Part shown: positions 30,203-38,794 of the stretch, in pieces
How the letters are laid out: each line of letters starts with the position of its first letter
How positions within the stretch are numbered: the stretch's first letter is position 1
Assembly (NCBI GenBank): GCA_030681595.1
Contig: JAUXSB010000003.1
Location: 31,207 to 95,206, forward strand
Direction: 5' to 3'
DNA length: 64,000 nucleotides
Source of the DNA: Candidatus Omnitrophota bacterium
GTDB lineage: Bacteria > Omnitrophota > Gorgyraeia > Ghiorseimicrobiales > Ghiorseimicrobiaceae
Notes under the pieces: generated by a model
Databases searched by the model: none
Told to the model about the DNA's origin: nothing
Seen by the model: the letters and a program-made list of their open reading frames with translations, nothing else
Position numbers and translations under genes: made by a program

Positions 30203-30778
30203 TCATCTTAAACAAAAGGTTTTGCCATCCATCATTTTTTCCAGCCAAAAAACCTTCGTTATTTCATGCACTTCAGTGCTTCCGACAAACAAAAAATCTA
30301 ATTTCGGCCCCATTTGTTTTAAATATTCCTCTAACAAAATAAACTCATCTTTTTGATCATCATAACGTGTTAAAATTAAACGGCCGCCGGATTCGAGCAT
30401 GTCGAGATATCTCTTTAAGTATTTTTCTTGGCCTCTTTTCCCCCTCAAATCAAAAGATGTACAGATAAAAGTAAATTTTCTCTTTGGTTTAAATTTATAT
30501 TTGTCAGCGACCATGAAATTCATTTTAAATCCGGGAATCTTTTCTTTGCACTCTCCTACAAGCTCTTTACTAATATCAATTCCGAAAGGTATGAGGGTAA
30601 TGCCTTTCTCCTGCGCCCAAATACATAAATCTCTGAGTAAAATACCATTTGCACACCCAACGTCAAGAAAAGTTCCGTCTTTATGAACGCCTTCTAAAAT
30701 TACTTCTCTTGCTTTTCGCCACATTTCTTTCGAATTCAGCCAGGAAGATCGCGTTAGTTCAACATCGCAATTATCCAT
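30203..30778 (-). CDS. Class I SAM-dependent methyltransferase
   Basis: 191 aa. FLDVGCANG is motif I, and there is an acidic loop at FGIDIS. Confidence 0.6.
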   Translation of the reverse strand: MDNCDVELTRSSWLNSKEMWRKAREVILEGVHKDGTFLDVGCANGILLRDLCIWAQEKGITLIPFGIDISKELVGECKEKIPGFKMNFMVADKYKFKPKRKFTFICTSFDLRGKRGQEKYLKRYLDMLESGGRLILTRYDDQKDEFILLEEYLKQMGPKLDFLFVGSTEVHEITKVFWLEKMMDGKTFCLR

Positions 30779-30838
30779 AAATTTTTTCCAGCGGCGCTTC
30801 GCTCACCGCAATCTTTCTCTATTCCAAGTCTAAATTTA

Positions 30839-30926
30839 CGGAGGCGGAAGGATTCGAACCTTCGATCCACTTGCGCAGACTCCGGTTTTCGAAACCGGTG
30901 CACTCAACCAACTATGCGACGCCTCC
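30839..30926 (-). tRNA. tRNA-Ser (anticodon CGA), class II with long variable arm, no encoded CCA
   Basis: The minus strand reads GGAGGCG-TC-GCA-TAGTTGGTTGAG-TGC-A-CCGGT-TTCGAAA-ACCGG-AGTCTGCGCAAGTGGATC-GAAGG-TTCGAAT-CCTTC-CGCCTCC-G. This folds into a full cloverleaf with a 3-bp D stem. Confidence 0.92.
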
Positions 30927-30935
30927 AAAATATTT

Positions 30936-31013
30936 CCGCCGAAGGCGAAACCTCGCCAAACTAAAAGTTTGGCGGGCGAGAACGGCCCGTTATGACCACT
31001 TCGGTACCTCTCC
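30936..31013 (-). other. tRNA-like 5' fragment followed by hairpins (not a complete tRNA)
   Basis: The minus strand starts GGAGAGGTACCGAAGTGGTCATAACGG, which looks like a class II acceptor plus D arm. It continues with CGGGC-CGTTCTC-GCCCG, CCAAAC-TTTTA-GTTTGG and GGCGA-GGTT-TCGCC. There is no T-arm and no CCTCTCC 3' acceptor strand. Confidence 0.35.
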
Positions 31014-31057
31014 AAAGTAAAAACAATAAATACAAAAACTAAAAATTAAGGAATCTT

Positions 31058-33265
31058 CTAGTAACTCTGCGAGCCCTCCTTGGGAGCATGGTAACCATTG
31101 CTAAACTCTACGCCATTTTCCGGAAACGCCTTTATCCTAAAAACCAAAAATATCTCTTCTCCGTATCCACGCCTTACATTATAATTAATCTCAACCTGCC
31201 AACAATGTAAATTTTTATATATTATATAGTTTTGCTCGCGGACACCGCCTGTCTCTCTTTCCCATCTTTCATAAACCCTAAACTTCCAATCCTCGTTTAA
31301 CCTATAAACAAGCTGGCCGGTAAATTGATTACGGTTATTTCTCTGATAGCGATAACCTGCGCCAAAAAAGTATTTGTAATCATCGCCTTCTGTTTTATGA
31401 TTTTCCTTATCGCCCATTAGCACCAAATCAAAGTTCGCGGCCTTAAAGGCACGGTCATCTTTGTCGTATTCTGAATCTGCCTCAAAACGCATCCATTCGT
31501 AAGGCGTAGCCTCAAAGTCAAAATTAATATTGCCAAATCTTGAACCTTGCGGCTTTAAGTGAAAATCATATCTGGTGTCCATGATAAACCTGACTAAATC
31601 TACGCTTTTTCCGCTGCGCTTGGTCTGCAATTTATTCTCTAGCCCCAAAGAGGCAGAATTAGACTTGGCTATGGAATCAATTCCATCAAAAGCAAAAAAT
31701 TTGGAAGAAGGCACTGTCGGCTCATGGATATACCCATAGCTTACCGAAGGCGTAATAACGTGGCGTAATTTATTAATGTCCAGTTTTAAAAAATCAGTCT
31801 TTGCGTCAAAAATACGGTAAAACTTAGTACTCATATCTATACCGGTATAAAAAGTACTGCGTAAAGCATCATCGCTTTCAGAATCCCTGTCCCTATCATA
31901 ATAGGTCTCTCTTAAAGCGACATAAGGGCTAGTCTCCACAAAACCGATTTTTTTAGGGTAGGAAAGCTGACTGTAGCTATCAATCCTGCTTACGTGATTG
32001 GTAGTATCGGACGGAGCGGCGGCCTTACTGTTTAAATTAACGACAGAGGCGACTCCGCTATAATAGAGCTTCGTTTCCCCTATTTCAGTGCTTGAAATAT
32101 CCCACTTTACTTCAGGCAGCTTTTCAGTTTCCGCCATAAATCTGTTTGTCCTCTTTTGGGCAAGAATGCTAAAAGTAGAAAAAGGCATGAGGCGTGTAAA
32201 TAAAAGATAAGAAGTATTGGTTACATCTTTTTCTTGTTCACGCAAAAAATAGTCATTCATAAAATTCGCATCGCTTAAACGGCTATACTCCAGTTTAAGG
32301 CTAGTGTCTTCATCCATATCCCACTTATGCCGCAGGCTGATCCTATACCTCTCCCGTTCAACTGTATTGCGGTTTTTTTCATCTACGTCTTCTTTCTTAA
32401 GTATTTCTTCGTTGATATTTTCCGAGAGGGAATTTATCCAAGGCTTCTTTAATTCCACATTTCTTTCATTCATATAATAAGTACGCAAGAACCCTTCGCC
32501 GAATAAATGCGTTTCGTATTTAGTGTCAAAACCGGAGGCGAAGTCCTTTCTTTCGCGGTAATCCAAATGGATCCTTCCGCGTAAATCCTCATTAAGATAA
32601 TACCTCCACGCGCTCAAAACATAATAACCCCAATCCTTAGACATCCCCGGAGTAACCGTAACCCTCGGGCGGTTGTCGTTTAAAGGGTGGACATAATTAG
32701 GCAGATAGGCAAGGGAAGAATTATAAAGCATGAAGTCGATACCGCGGGCGGTAACTTTTTCTCCTAAAGCAAAATCTATTTCTTTTGCCTTAAGCCTGTA
32801 ATGTGGCTTATCCCGGTCGCAGGTAGTAAAATACCCTTTATACATCCTTACCTCTTTATCTGATATTTTTTCCATGAGGTCCGCGGAAGCATAAAAAGGC
32901 AAAGATGTTAAGCGGGCGTTATCCATCGTCCCTTTTTGGGTATCTAAATTATAATTTGCTTCATCCGCTAATATTACGCTTCCTTCGCTCTCTATCCTGA
33001 CATTGCCAAAAGCGTGCGCGTCTTTAGTCTGTGTATTTACTGTCACTTTATCGCAGGTCAGCTTCGAGCCCTTATGGACAATAACGATATTTCCTTCAGC
33101 CAGAATTTTATTTTCTCCGCTGATAACTTCTACCTTATCACCGTCTACAATTATCGGCTCTATCTCTTCTGCGCAAAAACCAGAGGCGCTACCATAAGAT
33201 ATCAAAAACACCTGGATTAACGCAGCTATAACCCTGTTGTTTAAAAAATTTGAATTTAACCTCAA
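31058..33265 (-). CDS. lptD: LPS-assembly outer-membrane protein LptD (OstA family)
   Basis: 735 aa with a signal peptide. The N-terminal OstA-like beta-jellyroll reads AEGNIVIVHKGSKLTCDKVTVNTQTKDAHAFGNVRIE. A long aromatic-rich beta-barrel region follows, ending in an aromatic residue. Confidence 0.8.
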   Translation of the reverse strand: MRLNSNFLNNRVIAALIQVFLISYGSASGFCAEEIEPIIVDGDKVEVISGENKILAEGNIVIVHKGSKLTCDKVTVNTQTKDAHAFGNVRIESEGSVILADEANYNLDTQKGTMDNARLTSLPFYASADLMEKISDKEVRMYKGYFTTCDRDKPHYRLKAKEIDFALGEKVTARGIDFMLYNSSLAYLPNYVHPLNDNRPRVTVTPGMSKDWGYYVLSAWRYYLNEDLRGRIHLDYRERKDFASGFDTKYETHLFGEGFLRTYYMNERNVELKKPWINSLSENINEEILKKEDVDEKNRNTVERERYRISLRHKWDMDEDTSLKLEYSRLSDANFMNDYFLREQEKDVTNTSYLLFTRLMPFSTFSILAQKRTNRFMAETEKLPEVKWDISSTEIGETKLYYSGVASVVNLNSKAAAPSDTTNHVSRIDSYSQLSYPKKIGFVETSPYVALRETYYDRDRDSESDDALRSTFYTGIDMSTKFYRIFDAKTDFLKLDINKLRHVITPSVSYGYIHEPTVPSSKFFAFDGIDSIAKSNSASLGLENKLQTKRSGKSVDLVRFIMDTRYDFHLKPQGSRFGNINFDFEATPYEWMRFEADSEYDKDDRAFKAANFDLVLMGDKENHKTEGDDYKYFFGAGYRYQRNNRNQFTGQLVYRLNEDWKFRVYERWERETGGVREQNYIIYKNLHCWQVEINYNVRRGYGEEIFLVFRIKAFPENGVEFSNGYHAPKEGSQSY

Positions 33266-33289
33266 AGCTATTACGCCCTTTCTTTAATC

Positions 33290-34201
33290 TTACTCAATGA
33301 ATAATAATGCCGCGCCAATTATCCCCGCGTCCTGGCCTAATTTTGCCCTAACAATTTTTACGATATTTTTTGCCGGAGCCATCGCCCGCCCTATGACAAC
33401 TTTTTCTACGGCGTCAAAAAGAATACTCCCTGCGCCGGCAACCCCTCCGCCAATCACAATACAATCCGGATTAAAAAAGTTAACTATGCCGGATAAGCAT
33501 AAGCCTAAATAGCTGCCCACCTCCTGCCATAGTTTTCTCGCTTCTCTATTGCCATGCCTTGCTTTTTGAGTTAATTCTTCCAGCTTGATAGCGCCGAATA
33601 AAGCCTTTGCCTTCTTTAAAATGCGGCTGTTACCGATATAGCTTTCCAGGCATCCTTTTGCGCCGCAGCCGCACTTAGGCCCATCCGCGGCAACAGGAAT
33701 ATGCCCTATCTCTCCCGCAGAAAGGCTTGAACCGCGATAAAGCTTGCCCTCTACTATTATCCCTCCTCCTACGCCTGTACCTAAAGTCAAACAAACCATG
33801 TTACGGGATTTTTTCCCCGCCCCAAGTTTAAATTCAGCAAGCGTGATAAGATTTACGTCGTTATCAATTAATACAGGAAGGTGGATTTTCTGCCGGATAA
33901 TTCTGGCAAGAGAAACCTCCTTCCATCCGGCGATATTAGGGAAATAATGCACGATGCCTTTTTGGCTGTCTATCGGCCCGGGCAAACCTATACCTACACC
34001 CCGGACTTTTTCTTTACGTATCTTATGCTTATTTAATAAGTTTTGAATATAAAAAAGGAGTGCGTTAATGAGGCACTCTTTTCCGCGGAATTTCTGGGTA
34101 GAAAAAATAATCTTATCTTTAATTTTAAGCCTATTGTCTAGAAGCCCGATTTTAGTATTAGTCCCGCCTAAGTCTATACCAATGATAAAATCCTGGCTCA
34201 T
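33290..34201 (-). CDS. ROK-family sugar kinase (glucokinase-like)
   Basis: 303 aa. It has IGIDLGGTNTK, DNDVN, GTGVGGG and the Zn motif GHIPV...CGCGAKGCLE. Confidence 0.85.
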   Translation of the reverse strand: MSQDFIIGIDLGGTNTKIGLLDNRLKIKDKIIFSTQKFRGKECLINALLFYIQNLLNKHKIRKEKVRGVGIGLPGPIDSQKGIVHYFPNIAGWKEVSLARIIRQKIHLPVLIDNDVNLITLAEFKLGAGKKSRNMVCLTLGTGVGGGIIVEGKLYRGSSLSAGEIGHIPVAADGPKCGCGAKGCLESYIGNSRILKKAKALFGAIKLEELTQKARHGNREARKLWQEVGSYLGLCLSGIVNFFNPDCIVIGGGVAGAGSILFDAVEKVVIGRAMAPAKNIVKIVRAKLGQDAGIIGAALLFIE

Positions 34202-34314
34202 ATATAAGAGTATTTAAATTTATTAAGGTATAAAAATAAAAAACTTATTAAAAAATTATACCATTGAAAAATTTGAGAGGCAAGTTTTATTATTAAACAG
34301 TTAAACAAGTATTT

Positions 34315-35364
34315 TTAGGCAGGATTCACAAAGAAAAGCGAAGGGAATACATTCATCAGGATTATAAATATGGCAACTACTATTATCCAACCCGCCAACG
34401 CAGATAATATACTTAAAGCCGCTTCTTTCTTCAAAACTCTCCTGATATCGCAGGTAAGGCCGATGGCCGCCAGGGCCGCGCCGAAAATAATCTTATACCA
34501 TGGCTTAATCAGGGGCGAATATTGCTCTAGGGGCGTATAAGTAAAAAGCAGGGCCGCGCCAAAGAACAAATAAGCGATAGTTAAGCTGTATTTAATTACC
34601 GAAAGGCGTATCTCTGCGGTAGCTTTTTTTGACTTTAACTGATTCAAGAAAAGCACGATAAAACTAAACGGAAGGATGAGCGTGGTGCGGATATATTTAA
34701 CATTCAAGGCGAGCTTATCCAGGCCCTTTTCCATAAAAGTTCCTGCCGTCTGGACTAAGCCATCCTGATTAAAGGTCAACCCGCAGAATATGGCAAACTT
34801 TTCGCCATAAACATCGGCCGCGAAAAACAATTTATTCAGGAAAAATACACTGGCAAAAAATGACACCACGCCTACGAGAAGTATGCTGATAAGCGCTTTA
34901 GTCACATCTTCTTCCTCGGCATCAACCATGGGAGAACTTACCGCGATGGCGGCCACCCCGCATATAGCCGAGCCCACAGATGTAAGAAGGTTAGTCTTGT
35001 ACGTTACCTTGAGTAACTTATTAAGAAAATAAACTATTAAAAAAGTAAGCGCTGAATAAATTACGCATTGGAAGAGGATATCGCTGCCGATAACGCAGCA
35101 TAAAGCGATCTTTTTAAAATTAATCTCGGTGCCGTACAAAAACAAACCTACGGGCAAAAGAATATCTTTGCATAATGCCGTACCTATCCAAAGCGAATTT
35201 TTACGCGGAAAACAAGAACCGATAATAACGCCGATAATTACCGCGACAGCGAACGCGTTAATAAACTTATACAAACCGGATAACCAATAACTAAAAATAG
35301 ATATGCCCAAGGCAAGCAAAAAACCGGGTAACGCTAAAGCAAACAATCCCTTTTCTTTACCCAT
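34315..35364 (-). CDS. Polytopic membrane protein, possibly YeiH/UPF0324-type transporter
   Basis: 349 aa with about 10 predicted TM segments. The family assignment rests only on general resemblance. Confidence 0.35.
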   Translation of the reverse strand: MGKEKGLFALALPGFLLALGISIFSYWLSGLYKFINAFAVAVIIGVIIGSCFPRKNSLWIGTALCKDILLPVGLFLYGTEINFKKIALCCVIGSDILFQCVIYSALTFLIVYFLNKLLKVTYKTNLLTSVGSAICGVAAIAVSSPMVDAEEEDVTKALISILLVGVVSFFASVFFLNKLFFAADVYGEKFAIFCGLTFNQDGLVQTAGTFMEKGLDKLALNVKYIRTTLILPFSFIVLFLNQLKSKKATAEIRLSVIKYSLTIAYLFFGAALLFTYTPLEQYSPLIKPWYKIIFGAALAAIGLTCDIRRVLKKEAALSILSALAGWIIVVAIFIILMNVFPSLFFVNPA

Positions 35365-35593
35365 GGCTCTTTTCCCCTTCTTGGCTTAAACCAGATATAG
35401 TCAAACTATCGGTTTTAAGTATTTTTTTTGCTTCTTCGACAAGCTTTGTTTCCAGCTGCACGTCATCAGGCGTATCTTCGGAAAAACTCTCCACATCCTG
35501 GCCAAGCTTGAAACTCAACATCGCCACAGCCAGATTCTTAAAAACAGACCTCGCCTTTACTACATCAACTATCGCCTTAAGTTTTCCCGCCAT
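35357..35593 (-). CDS. Hypothetical small acidic protein
   Basis: 78-aa ORF that overlaps the downstream gene by 8 nt. I recognise no motif. Confidence 0.35.
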   Translation of the reverse strand: MAGKLKAIVDVVKARSVFKNLAVAMLSFKLGQDVESFSEDTPDDVQLETKLVEEAKKILKTDSLTISGLSQEGEKSHG

Positions 35594-35607
35594 AAATTAC
35601 CTTTGCA

Positions 35608-35794
35608 CTTATGGCTTTGGCTAAATTGAAAGCCAAACCATTGCCTTGTGGCTTATGGCTTTGGCTATATTGAAAGCCAAACCATTGCCTTGTGGCTTAT
35701 GCCTTTGGCTATATTGAAAGCCAAACCATTGCCTTGTGGCTTATGCCTTTGGCTATATTGAAAGCCAAACCATTGCCTTACCGGCTTATGCCTT
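35608..35794. repeat. Tandem array, 4.2 copies of a 44-bp hairpin unit
   Basis: The unit is CTTATGSCTTTGGCTATATTGAAAGCCAAACCATTGCCTTGTGG. Copies lie at 35608, 35652, 35696 and 35740, with a partial copy at 35785. Each unit contains the hairpin TGGCTTTGGCT-atattgaa-AGCCAAACCA. Confidence 0.9.
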
Positions 35795-36032
35795 ATTCAA
35801 ATTTACTATTTTAATTATATCAACTTTCTTCAAATATTGCAACCCAATAAATTACCGCGAGCCTTATTATAGTTATAGCACATAAATTAACTACTGGCGC
35901 AGAAAATAACGCCTTATACATAAGCGCATTAAGGTTACAAGACATTCTGCTATGCAGGCAACACTTCAACTTATCTTTCCGCATTAATGCTCATTTAAAT
36001 ATAATGCTGCTTATGAAAATATTAATGCAGTA

Positions 36033-36956
36033 TCACAAAAACCAGGTTATAAGCGCTCCGGAAAACATCCAAAAGGCAAAGGGCGTAGTTTTCTGAATAG
36101 TTCTTTCGGAATAAAAATCAATTATTTTCTTAAGCATAGGGAACAGCAGCATAATCAATACGGTCGATATGAATGTATTTTTTATTTCAAAAATAAATCT
36201 TTTATCCGTATACACAAAGTATAGTATCAAAAAAACAAAAGTAATCATTATAAATTTGGTATTTTTTTTAAACATTTTGGAAAGCTTTTTAAAAAGCAAT
36301 AGGGCGATCAACATCAAAATATTCTGATCGGGTAAAATCCTACCGATTAAATTTTGTAATGCTTGTCGTAAAACCTTAAAAGCTAGAAAAAGAGTAAGAA
36401 AGCCAAAAAAGACTTTGCTTAATTCAATTTTATTAAATTTACTCTTCTCTTTAATTAATTCTGCGGTTTGCTTCTTTAATTTCCCAAAATTAAATTTTTT
36501 AATAAAGTAGGCGCATGACCGCAAAAAAAGATAAGCTGTCGCCGGTATAAAAATACTTAACAACAATGAAAAGGAAGCAAAGTAATAATTAAAATAAACC
36601 CGAGAATACTGCCCCATTGGAATAAGGGCAGAATAGCAGATAAAAAGCTTCGCATCCCCTGCTCCCCACATCTTAAAATACCATAGCGAATATGCCACAA
36701 TTATACTCGTTATTAAATTAACGCACCATTTGTCAAAATTATGGACTAAACCAGAAGATATTTCTGCTAAAACATTATTCGTAATTCCGCTTAAGGACAG
36801 ATAATAAATAATCCAGGAGGATAAATATAAAACACATGCGTAGATTAATCCTATTAAAATCCACTTATTTCTGATTTTAGAATACCTTAAGTCTTCGTAA
36901 GACGTAACAAGCCCGATAAAGAAAATTATCGGCAAAAAAATAATATTATTAATCAT
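36033..36956 (-). CDS. A24-family (prepilin-peptidase/CpaA-TadV-like) aspartic membrane peptidase with an extended C-terminal TM region
   Basis: 307 aa and polytopic. The first Asp motif is YEDLRYSKIRNKW (D-x5-I-x-N) and the second is MWGAGDAKLF (GxGDxKL). Confidence 0.6.
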   Translation of the reverse strand: MINNIIFLPIIFFIGLVTSYEDLRYSKIRNKWILIGLIYACVLYLSSWIIYYLSLSGITNNVLAEISSGLVHNFDKWCVNLITSIIVAYSLWYFKMWGAGDAKLFICYSALIPMGQYSRVYFNYYFASFSLLLSIFIPATAYLFLRSCAYFIKKFNFGKLKKQTAELIKEKSKFNKIELSKVFFGFLTLFLAFKVLRQALQNLIGRILPDQNILMLIALLLFKKLSKMFKKNTKFIMITFVFLILYFVYTDKRFIFEIKNTFISTVLIMLLFPMLKKIIDFYSERTIQKTTPFAFWMFSGALITWFL

Positions 36957-37214
36957 ATAACTAATAAGCTTTGTTAAAATTTATTTTATTTATTCTTGTT
37001 TCTAAATTATTACTATTACAACACATTGGCAACAAACAAGTTATGTATTTTTTAAAGCATCGTTAATAAATAAGGTTATATCTTTGCAACGCATAACCAT
37101 AACGTAACGCATTGCATTACAATAAGTTGTGAAAGAAGATTTCGCAAGATGCCCCTATTTTTAATAAAGCCCTGTAATAAATATTCCTCACGTAATTTTT
37201 TCTGTATTAAAGAT

Positions 37215-37700
37215 TCAAATATTATTGGATAATATCTTTTCCGAAATTTCTAACACCAAGCTTTTCAACTTAGAAAAATTGTTAGCATTTAATTTTAGAT
37301 ATTTATAGTAATATATAACGTAATCATGGTTAAAAAGTATGCCGTTACTCAGTTTATATTCGCCAAGATGCCGTAAAGCGAAAGCTAAATCTATCCAGTT
37401 ATCAAGATTGTCGGGGTTACGAGAAATGGATTTTAAAAAATATTTCTTCGCCTGAGAAAAGTCTTCGGCGATATAATAAATATATCCTGCAAGCGAAAAG
37501 ATTGTTTCTATCTGTTCTTCTTTTAACCAATTTTTAATTTTCCCTTGCAACATTCTTAATTTCTCGGGAGAAGAAAAATAAAGAATGGATAACCGGTAGA
37601 AAAGCGAATCTATCCGTTCAATATAGCCAGAAATATAATTTGTCTGACGAGGCGAGAGATCAAAACCAGCAATATTTTTAAATTCGTTACATATATCCAT
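37215..37700 (-). CDS. TPR-repeat protein
   Basis: 161 aa. AGYIYYIAEDFSQAKKYFLKSISRNPDNLDNWIDLAFALRHLGEY fits the TPR consensus. Confidence 0.55.
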   Translation of the reverse strand: MDICNEFKNIAGFDLSPRQTNYISGYIERIDSLFYRLSILYFSSPEKLRMLQGKIKNWLKEEQIETIFSLAGYIYYIAEDFSQAKKYFLKSISRNPDNLDNWIDLAFALRHLGEYKLSNGILFNHDYVIYYYKYLKLNANNFSKLKSLVLEISEKILSNNI

Positions 37701-38770
37701 TAATTAAACTGAACAATAAAAGGTATCTCCGGGGCAAAATTTCTCCTCTGCCATCTGATCCTTCTTATCAACTTGCCATTATTCAAAATCACAACATCTC
37801 TATCCTCTAAAAATACACAGTTTCCTCTTTTTAAGTCACTTTCATAAAGGTTATTTTCAGACATTTGACCAATGAAGTAGACATCTTTATAATGTAACTT
37901 ACCATTTTTAATCTCGCCATCAAAGGCATAAAATTTTATTTCATAAAAGATTAATAGGGGTAGTTTTAAATGCCTATCAATCTTTTCTACAAATTCCGGC
38001 TCTTCCGCATAAATCGCTTTTTTTATTTTTCTGGCCAATTCTATCGTAGCCTTACAATTATAAGCACAAGGCATATGATAGATATAGGAATAGGTAATAT
38101 CCCTAGTACAAGGATTAGATAAATAATGGTATCTATTTTTCTTGGTATTCTTAAATGCTTCATAAAGATAACTATACTTATACCAGTTATTAAACTGTCG
38201 AAAAAAACCGACACAACATTTTGGATATCCAAGGTTATATCCAAATTTAAAAATATCTATACCAGGCCTATCAATTACTCTATGTTTGATTATTAAAGGA
38301 TACCATCCATCTCTAAAACAATTTTCTAAGTTACCTTTTGATTTAGCAATAAATACATGAACAAGGCCATCTTTGCTTGACCCATTAAACGGTAAGCCAA
38401 ATGCATAAGTCGTAGTTAGGCGTTTACCACCTATAACATTTTTTAAAATATTTTTCTTTTTTGACATCCTAAAAACAGTATCGGTCCTTACAATAAGACC
38501 ATAGCGTTTGCATATTCTACGGTATTCATCATATCTATCCACCCTTACCCAGTCGTCCATCGCTGGCTTTATCTCTTTCACTGTAGCCATTATATTCACT
38601 AACTGCCCACTGCCCTTAATCTGGACAAATTCTCTACAGAATTTTTTTGGATAATAGGATTCAAACATTATAGATATAATGAAACTCCATGGCTTTACAG
38701 ACGCAGCACCCAAGAACCGCCTGCGCTTCGTTTTAGCTATGCCTGAAAGCAGGCATAGCTGCGACATCAC
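37700..38770 (-). CDS. Hypothetical protein (unknown family) in radical SAM cluster
   Basis: 356-aa ORF tightly packed with its neighbours (shared ATGA-type junction at 37700). It contains GYPKCCVGFF and MPCAYNCKAT. The start is uncertain, with alternative Met codons downstream. Confidence 0.5.
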   Translation of the reverse strand: MMSQLCLLSGIAKTKRRRFLGAASVKPWSFIISIMFESYYPKKFCREFVQIKGSGQLVNIMATVKEIKPAMDDWVRVDRYDEYRRICKRYGLIVRTDTVFRMSKKKNILKNVIGGKRLTTTYAFGLPFNGSSKDGLVHVFIAKSKGNLENCFRDGWYPLIIKHRVIDRPGIDIFKFGYNLGYPKCCVGFFRQFNNWYKYSYLYEAFKNTKKNRYHYLSNPCTRDITYSYIYHMPCAYNCKATIELARKIKKAIYAEEPEFVEKIDRHLKLPLLIFYEIKFYAFDGEIKNGKLHYKDVYFIGQMSENNLYESDLKRGNCVFLEDRDVVILNNGKLIRRIRWQRRNFAPEIPFIVQFN

Positions 38771-38794
38771 GCCACAACGCTTTTTGCGGATAAC

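Noticed and set aside
30936-31013. Second tRNA gene next to tRNA-Ser.
   Set aside because: Only the acceptor 5' strand and the D-arm look tRNA-like. I found no T-arm (GTTCRANYC), no complementary 3' acceptor strand and no 5-bp/7-nt anticodon arm with U33. I therefore recorded it only as a tRNA-like fragment.
35608-35794. Tandem 44-bp repeats considered as a CRISPR array.
   Set aside because: The units are directly abutting with no unique spacers. No cas genes are in the window, and solo copies occur elsewhere. This is a tandem hairpin repeat, not a CRISPR array.
36957-37214. Very short minus-strand ORFs in the gap before the A24 peptidase gene (for example MCCNSNNLETRINKINFNKAY and MQCVTLWLCVAKI), considered as extra precursor peptides.
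   Set aside because: - They have no ribosome-binding sites.
- They have no similarity to each other or to the HxsA-like peptide.
- In AT-rich spacer, ORFs of this size are expected by chance.
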